Shown in pieces: positions 6,822 through 11,116 of a DNA stretch of 11,116 nt. Source of the stretch: Candidatus Firestoneibacteriota bacterium (GTDB lineage: Bacteria > Oederibacteriota > D2-FULL-39-29 > JBDRBU01). The notes beneath the pieces were generated by a model. It ran no database searches. It was not told the DNA's origin and worked only from the letters and a program-made list of their open reading frames with translations. Location of the stretch: the NCBI GenBank assembly GCA_043822305.1, contig JBDRBU010000062.1:1-11116 (forward strand), written 5' to 3'. Within the stretch, counting starts at the first letter, position 1; every line of letters starts with the position of its first letter. Position numbers and translations under genes: made by a program.

Positions 6822-7630
6822 TCACAATGGAATCGTTGCTGGATGAAGCTGAAAAGATGAAACTGCCATTAAATAAAAAACGCGCAATACTAAGAGAATA
6901 TATTCAGTCATTAACTTTAAATTATATATTTAAAAGCGAATACGGTAAAAAATTATTTTTTGCCGGAGGAACGGCGCTGAGATTTGTTTATAACATCCCG
7001 AGGTTTTCTCAAGATTTGGATTTCAACGCAAAAGGGCTTGGTTATGGCGAGTTTAGCGGGATGATTGTCCTGCTTAAAGATAAATTGGATAATGAAGGTT
7101 TTAATGTTGAATACACAAGAAAGGATATTTATGATGTGTTATCGGCAAAGATTACTTTTAAAGAAGTAATGAAGCAATTTGGTTTAACGGACAAGATCGG
7201 GTTGGACATAATGATTAAGATAGAGACAAATGTACCAAAGTGGAAGATCAAGCATGAGGTTGTTGCTGTCTCAAAATTCGGACAGTTGTTTACCGCTCAA
7301 ATCATGGATAAAGGATCGTTCCTGGCGGAAAAATCGCATGCTTTTATCCATAGATGCAGGGGTCGAGATGTTTACGATATTATTTTTTTACTAAAGAATA
7401 AATTTCCGTTAGATCCTGAAATGTTTAAAAACAAGGAAATTCAGGGAGAGCCGAAAGAAGCCCTTCTAAAAAAGTTTAAAGGATTGAAAAAAGCAAATAT
7501 GAAGTCTTTGGTTAATCAGGTGATGCCGTTTTTATTTAAGGAAGAAGAAATTGAATATGTTAAGAAAGCAGTTTTTTATGGTCCGGAATTGCTGAAACAA
7601 TATGATACATCGACACAAAAAAATGGGTAA
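6818..7630 (+). CDS. abiEii: Nucleotidyltransferase toxin, AbiEii/AbiGii family, 270 aa
   Basis: Family motifs LREYIQ, FAGGTALR...RFSQDLDF, IKIE, LAEK...R.RGRDVYD. Translationally coupled to abiEi. Confidence 0.88.
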   Translation: MITMESLLDEAEKMKLPLNKKRAILREYIQSLTLNYIFKSEYGKKLFFAGGTALRFVYNIPRFSQDLDFNAKGLGYGEFSGMIVLLKDKLDNEGFNVEYTRKDIYDVLSAKITFKEVMKQFGLTDKIGLDIMIKIETNVPKWKIKHEVVAVSKFGQLFTAQIMDKGSFLAEKSHAFIHRCRGRDVYDIIFLLKNKFPLDPEMFKNKEIQGEPKEALLKKFKGLKKANMKSLVNQVMPFLFKEEEIEYVKKAVFYGPELLKQYDTSTQKNG

Positions 7631-7646
7631 AAATAGGAGGTGCAGG

Positions 7647-9140
7647 ATGAAGAAAATTAAAGTATTTTTTTGTTTCATATTTCTATTAGCATTAACAAAT
7701 ATAAGTTGTAGTCCTTTTCAACTAATTGGAGGATTATTCCCTGATGAAAAAGAAGTGCAAAAGAAAGAAGAAAAAGAAAGACGGGAAAGGTTAGCATGGG
7801 AAAAAGCGGATAAGGAAGTAAATGAAAAATTAAAGGATCCGAATTATTATTGTGAGAAAGCACTTGCTGAATATGCTGAATTTGATGGTAATTCGTGGAA
7901 AACGATAGAGGAAGCAAAGAAAAGAGCAAGATTAGAATTGGCAAAAAGGCTTAAAGTAAGAGTAATAAATACTGTTAGTGATACTATTAAAAAAGATAAC
8001 AAATTAGTTGAGGAAAAATTTGAAAGCAAGACAACCACCTATGTTGATGCTTTATTAGAGAATGTTAAAGTTGAAGAATTTGAAAAATATCGTGAAAAAG
8101 ACCAGGTCACGGCTATTGCTTACCTTCCTGTAAGGATATATAAAGATAAGGTAGAAGCAGATCTTAAATCCAAGAAAATATCTATTAGTACGCCGTTTGA
8201 ACAAGGTTTGGAAGCAATGAAACAAAAAAATTATGGGCAGGCACTTACTCAATTTATTAATAGTCGTGCGAAATTGGTAGATAGTTTTAGTGGTTTGCTA
8301 AATGAAGATATAGATGAGGACGGAAAAACAGAAGATGTAGGAGGTATACTATCGGCAAGGATAAGTGAGATTGTAAATAATTTAGAGTTGAAAAGCCTTG
8401 ATGATAAAATATTTTTTGATAGTGATGGAAAAATAACAAAAAAACCAACTGTATTTGTGTCTTATAGGGTAGATAGTAATAATAGACAACCTGTTTCCGG
8501 TATCCCTTTAAAAGTAGCATTTATTAAGGGAGAAGGAAAAATTTCAGAGGTACCTTTAAAAACAAGTGGACAAGGGGATTTGGAAATACCCATTGAAAAC
8601 ATTAATGTGGATTCTTCAACCAAGGAAGTAACGGTTAATGTTGAGATAGACGGAGAAAAAATAGGTTTAGAAAAAACATTCTATTTACCTATTTGCAGGA
8701 TAGAGATGTATAAAAAGAAGGCAGTAGCGTACTGTGTTAATTTCTTTAGTGATGGGTTAAAAACACATCCAGCATCCTGGGTTGATGAAATAAAAGGAAT
8801 GATAATAGATTATGGATTTGGAGTTGAAGAATACGATATAAAAGAGAAAGATATTAGCACAACTACAATAAATGATATAACCAAAACAAATGTTGATTAT
8901 TTCATTTATGTTATGATGACTTCTGAAAGCAAGAAAGACCCTTATGATATGTATAATGCCATGCTTACAAGTAAGGCATCAATATATTCTTTTCCAGAAG
9001 AGAAAATATATAAGACCATTGAAGGTATTTCAGCAAGCGGGTATAGCACAACAGGGTTAAATGCCGGATACGATGCCTTAGGTAAAGTAAAAAACACTTT
9101 AATGGATAAAATAAAAGCAGTAATCAAGGATTTAAAGTAG
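7647..9140 (+). CDS. Predicted lipoprotein with LPP20-like N-terminal domain, about 497 aa
   Basis: The likely start is ATG 7647, which has AGGAGG at 7635-7640, rather than 7602. Lipoprotein-type signal MKKIKVFFCFIFLLALTNIS-C. EEAKKRARLELAKRLKVRV resembles LPP20-type domains. The domain call is tentative. Confidence 0.65.
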   Translation: MKKIKVFFCFIFLLALTNISCSPFQLIGGLFPDEKEVQKKEEKERRERLAWEKADKEVNEKLKDPNYYCEKALAEYAEFDGNSWKTIEEAKKRARLELAKRLKVRVINTVSDTIKKDNKLVEEKFESKTTTYVDALLENVKVEEFEKYREKDQVTAIAYLPVRIYKDKVEADLKSKKISISTPFEQGLEAMKQKNYGQALTQFINSRAKLVDSFSGLLNEDIDEDGKTEDVGGILSARISEIVNNLELKSLDDKIFFDSDGKITKKPTVFVSYRVDSNNRQPVSGIPLKVAFIKGEGKISEVPLKTSGQGDLEIPIENINVDSSTKEVTVNVEIDGEKIGLEKTFYLPICRIEMYKKKAVAYCVNFFSDGLKTHPASWVDEIKGMIIDYGFGVEEYDIKEKDISTTTINDITKTNVDYFIYVMMTSESKKDPYDMYNAMLTSKASIYSFPEEKIYKTIEGISASGYSTTGLNAGYDALGKVKNTLMDKIKAVIKDLK

Positions 9141-9192
9141 TTACCTGATTCATCGGGCATAATATATGGTGCCAAATAAATTGGGCAACTAC
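9137..9192. repeat. Inverted doublet of GTAG-family REP-like sequences
   Basis: GTAGTTACCTGATTCATCGGGCA (9137-9159) and the reverse complement of 9170-9192, GTAGTTGCCCAATTTATTTGGCA, match at 17/23. Each is GTAG plus an imperfect palindrome; 10-nt spacer. Confidence 0.7.
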
Positions 9193-9214
9193 AATACCGG
9201 GAGGATATGTATCT

Positions 9215-11116
9215 ATGAATAGAATTGTAAAATATCTACTATTGGTTATTATGGTTTTGTGCGTAGGGGTGCTTATTTATATCTATAGATTTATAAATTA
9301 TCCCTTTGAGATAAAACCTTATGAAGAATCAATTAAATTACTTGTTACAGATGTTATTTATAAATGCGAAAAAAAAGGATGGAAAGGAACTATTTCCGAA
9401 ATTAAATCTATTAAAGGTCCTGTCACTGATGATTATCTTGATAGTGTATTAGTTCCTGAAATTACTGTTAAAATTCTTGAAAGCGAGAAAAAAGTACTGA
9501 CTTTTATTATACCTCCCGATGAATACCAGCAGCGTATAAAAGAGTTAAAAAAGCTGTTAACTGATAAGGGTGTGCCTGAAAACGAGGTAATAAAAACTAT
9601 AATGGAAAGAACAAAAAATGCAAAATACAAAGCCGATTATGATATCGAAATAAGTTGGAGTTTATTTAATAAAGAGAAACAGCACATTCAAATAATATTT
9701 AAGGTAAGCAAAGAGGAACCGATAGAATCACACGAAATTTTTACGTATCCTATATTTGAACAAAAGTATAATAAAAAAATGTGTGATTATAAGTTGACTC
9801 ACAAAATAACACTTGGTGTATTTTGTTTGGCATTTTTGGCTTTTATTAGTAGTTGGATAATTATGTTTATCAAAGGAAAACTTGTTGATATGGGAATTAC
9901 AAAAGATAAACTTGAAGATTATTTAAGAGGGGGACATTTTTTAGCTGCTGAATCTTTGGTTAATCAAACATTAAACGCTTTACCAAACAATACTGATTTA
10001 CTGGCGTTTAAGGAAAGATTAATGATAGTAACGAAAAGTAATCCCAGAAGGGCGGATGAAGCGTATATCAGGTATATTAATATAATGATGAAATTAAAAC
10101 AACAAGTTCGTTTGACAAAAAAAGAATTTGAGAACTTTAAAAAATTACCACAGTACCTTGAATTACCGGAAATTACCGAAGCAGTAGCAAAATACGAAAA
10201 GCATATAAGATTACATGATCTGATTAATCAGTTAGAAGGTGATACTAAAAATATAAAAAAGTTAATAGAAAGCGGAGATTTAAGTAAAGCTAAAACTGAA
10301 AGTCAATCGTTATTAAAGAGTAGTGAGATGACTGAATATGAAAGGACAGCAAAAGTTTTTGTAGCGAGCAATCAAGATAATGTTTTATTATTACCTTCGG
10401 GAGAGACAGGATTGGCATCCGGTGAAGGACTTGCAGATTACAGAGAAAAGGTCGGCAATTTTAGTGAAGAAATAGCAAAAAGGGGAAAAGAAAGTAAAGA
10501 AATGTTTGAAGAGGCGAAAAACTTTTTCAAAAACCTTGATATTGAAAGCATGGAAAATGTTTTGCAAAAAGTAGTAAAAATTAATAAGGATTTTAAAGAG
10601 GCAGAAGACATTCTTGATAGTATAAGAAAATCAAAAAACACAGACAAACTTTGTTTAGTTTCAAAACAAACAAGTAAAAAGGTGTATATGTTAAAAAATG
10701 ATATAATCACTTTTGGATGCAAAAAAGATGATTATATGCCGGATGTGAATATAAATAACCCAAGAATTAGCCGAAAACATTTAAAACTTTGCATTATAGA
10801 AAATAATGTGATTGCTGAAGATGACAGTTCAGCTAATGGTACATATTATGGATCTGATAAAATAACAAAAATGCAATTAGAAGACGGAGATATACTGGAT
10901 TTAGCTCATTCATATAAAATAGTTATTCATATTTTACGAGGCAGCGAGAATGTTTCATCAACCATGGTTGATGAAACTATGACTGAACAAGTATACTTAA
11001 ACAGACAATCGGGTTTAAAAGGTACAAAAGTAGGAGGCTTGTTTATTGAATGTGATGATAGATATGTAATTGTGATCTTAGATATTGTGCCTATGGCATT
11101 TACAAAAGTAGGAATA
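9215..11116 (+). CDS. Two-TM membrane protein with cytoplasmic helical region and FHA domain; 3'-truncated by the window (at least 634 aa; absent from the ORF track)
   Basis: GGAGG at 9200-9204, ATG 9215, and no stop in manual translation to the window end. TM1 IVKYLLLVIMVLCVGVLIYIY; TM2 ITLGVFCLAFLAFISSWIIMFI. FHA-like IITFGC...PDVNINNPRISRKH...EDDSSANGTY...LEDGDILDL at about 10703-10903. Confidence 0.85.
   Translation, partial: MNRIVKYLLLVIMVLCVGVLIYIYRFINYPFEIKPYEESIKLLVTDVIYKCEKKGWKGTISEIKSIKGPVTDDYLDSVLVPEITVKILESEKKVLTFIIPPDEYQQRIKELKKLLTDKGVPENEVIKTIMERTKNAKYKADYDIEISWSLFNKEKQHIQIIFKVSKEEPIESHEIFTYPIFEQKYNKKMCDYKLTHKITLGVFCLAFLAFISSWIIMFIKGKLVDMGITKDKLEDYLRGGHFLAAESLVNQTLNALPNNTDLLAFKERLMIVTKSNPRRADEAYIRYINIMMKLKQQVRLTKKEFENFKKLPQYLELPEITEAVAKYEKHIRLHDLINQLEGDTKNIKKLIESGDLSKAKTESQSLLKSSEMTEYERTAKVFVASNQDNVLLLPSGETGLASGEGLADYREKVGNFSEEIAKRGKESKEMFEEAKNFFKNLDIESMENVLQKVVKINKDFKEAEDILDSIRKSKNTDKLCLVSKQTSKKVYMLKNDIITFGCKKDDYMPDVNINNPRISRKHLKLCIIENNVIAEDDSSANGTYYGSDKITKMQLEDGDILDLAHSYKIVIHILRGSENVSSTMVDETMTEQVYLNRQSGLKGTKVGGLFIECDDRYVIVILDIVPMAFTKVGI

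Noticed and set aside
7001..7024. AbiEii motif RFSQDLDF rather than RFSEDLDF as an inactivating change
   Set aside because: The DxD aspartates and GGTAL are intact, and the preceding residue varies in this family.
7602..7646. Lipoprotein start at 7602 as listed in the ORF track
   Set aside because: It overlaps abiEii and lacks an RBS. ATG 7647 has AGGAGG and gives a proper signal peptide.
1..11116. A DGR template repeat or reverse transcriptase within the window
   Set aside because: Both repeat copies are in-frame gene ends and neither holds all the adenines (A occurs in either copy at different mismatches). No third copy or RT-like ORF was seen.

Overview
AT-rich bacterial accessory region with every credible gene on the + strand. 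Order: FGE-sulfatase/C-type-lectin-fold (CLec) gene, 5'-truncated (<1-587); disrupted avd-like gene (711-1116) containing a 73-bp hairpin element; membrane Hanks-type Ser/Thr kinase (1113-3353); exported TPR + FGE/CLec gene (3425-4768); frameshifted second kinase (4892-6151); AbiEi/AbiEii type IV toxin-antitoxin pair with its own promoter (6129-7630); LPP20-like lipoprotein (7647-9140); GTAG-type REP doublet; two-TM FHA-domain protein running off the window (9215->11116). Main signal: the last 129 nt of the two CLec genes look like variable regions (VRs) of a diversity-generating retroelement (DGR). They differ at 18 sites, 17 at codon positions 1/2 and 14 with an A in one copy. An avd homologue follows the first target, but no template repeat (TR) or reverse transcriptase (RT) is visible. 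These are therefore remote or orphaned DGR targets, each followed by a transmembrane kinase inside a pThr/FHA signalling cluster. All family calls come from motif recognition by eye, not database searches.
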